Assembly (NCBI RefSeq): GCF_004010195.1
Contig: NC_057720.1
Location: 8,637,866 to 8,701,865 of the forward strand
Direction of reading: 5' to 3'
Source: Chiloscyllium plagiosum
Lineage: Eukaryota
Length of the DNA: 64,000 nt
Both the position numbers and the translations under genes were made by a program. The notes beneath the pieces are model-generated. The model was given only the letters and a program-made list of their open reading frames with translations. It did no database searches and was not told where the DNA came from. Every line of letters starts with the position of its first letter. Position 1 is the stretch's first letter. This document shows, piece by piece, positions 63,313 through 64,000 of the stretch.

Positions 63313-63510
63313 ACAAGGTCAGAAGTCAGTTGATACCAGGTTATAGTCCAACAGGTTTATTTGAAATCCCAAGCTTACAGAGCATTGCCCCCGATGAAGG
63401 AGCAATGCTCCGAAAGTTCGTAATTGCAAATAAACCTGTTGGACTATAATCTGGTGTCGTCTGGCTTCTGACCTTGTCTAACCCAGCCCAACACCAGCAC
63501 CTCCACATCA
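63313..63510. mobile_element. Fold-back PLE family B-like mini-element (perfectly apposed inverted pLTR ends)
   Basis: 63313-63390 is the reverse complement of 63399-63477; loop lies in the HHR CCGATGA core; extra tail 63478-63510. Confidence 0.85.
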
Positions 63511-64000
63511 TAAACAGAACAAAGGTTTAGATGAATAGTGGTTGTGTTGAAAAGTAGTCAACATGAAAAATTTAAAGCTTTATTCTCTCCACCAATGCTC
63601 CTGACAATTTGCAGCATTTTATGAGTTGAATTTAAGTTGATCTAACTTAGAGTATGGATAAAGCCAAGACAAGTGAAGTTATTGTTGATCAAAGCAATTT
63701 TATTTTCTTAATTACAGAATACATTAGTAATTTTAATTATCCCTGCAAATCAGAGTAACTGGCAGGTGTGAAAGGTATGAAGTTTAATAATGGGGGCTAA
63801 AATAATTAACAATTTTTCATAAATTTGAGAAATTGATATGTTGGTAATTATTTCAGTCATTAAAAGGAACAAAATTAAGCAGCCTACACACTTCAAGATA
63901 AATATTATATAAAATGCATTTTAGACATTAAAGGATTTAATATAATTATACACACACAGATAAATCATTATACTCAAGCTGGTGACTAAAGTTATAAGAG

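Overview
Repeat-dense eukaryotic window, most consistent with intronic or intergenic DNA of a shark (inferred from the many HE1/V-SINE copies and their partner CR1 LINE 3' ends). I found no host protein-coding exon that I can support. Nearly all track ORFs are read-throughs of SINEs, LINEs, simple repeats or N gaps. Contents: two CR1 LINEs retaining esterase ORF1 and APE/RT ORF2 remnants, many CR1 and L2-like 3' fragments, about 20 HE1 SINEs plus three other SINE families, a 660-bp solo LTR, a pogo-like DNA transposon remnant, a minisatellite and an old ~0.5-kb inverted duplication. There are also at least four families of Penelope-like elements (PLEs; GIY-YIG plus RT) whose termini carry minimal type I hammerhead ribozyme (HHR) motifs. 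PLE hammerheads are known biology. The notable part here is how they appear: 88-94-bp TSD-flanked insertions made only of the ribozyme plus tail, a ~61-bp insertion starting at the predicted cleavage site, and TSD-flanked inverted or fold-back units with an HHR on each strand. Repeat boundaries were read by eye and are approximate unless a TSD is quoted. Two assembly gaps: 11270-11757 and 54954-54996.
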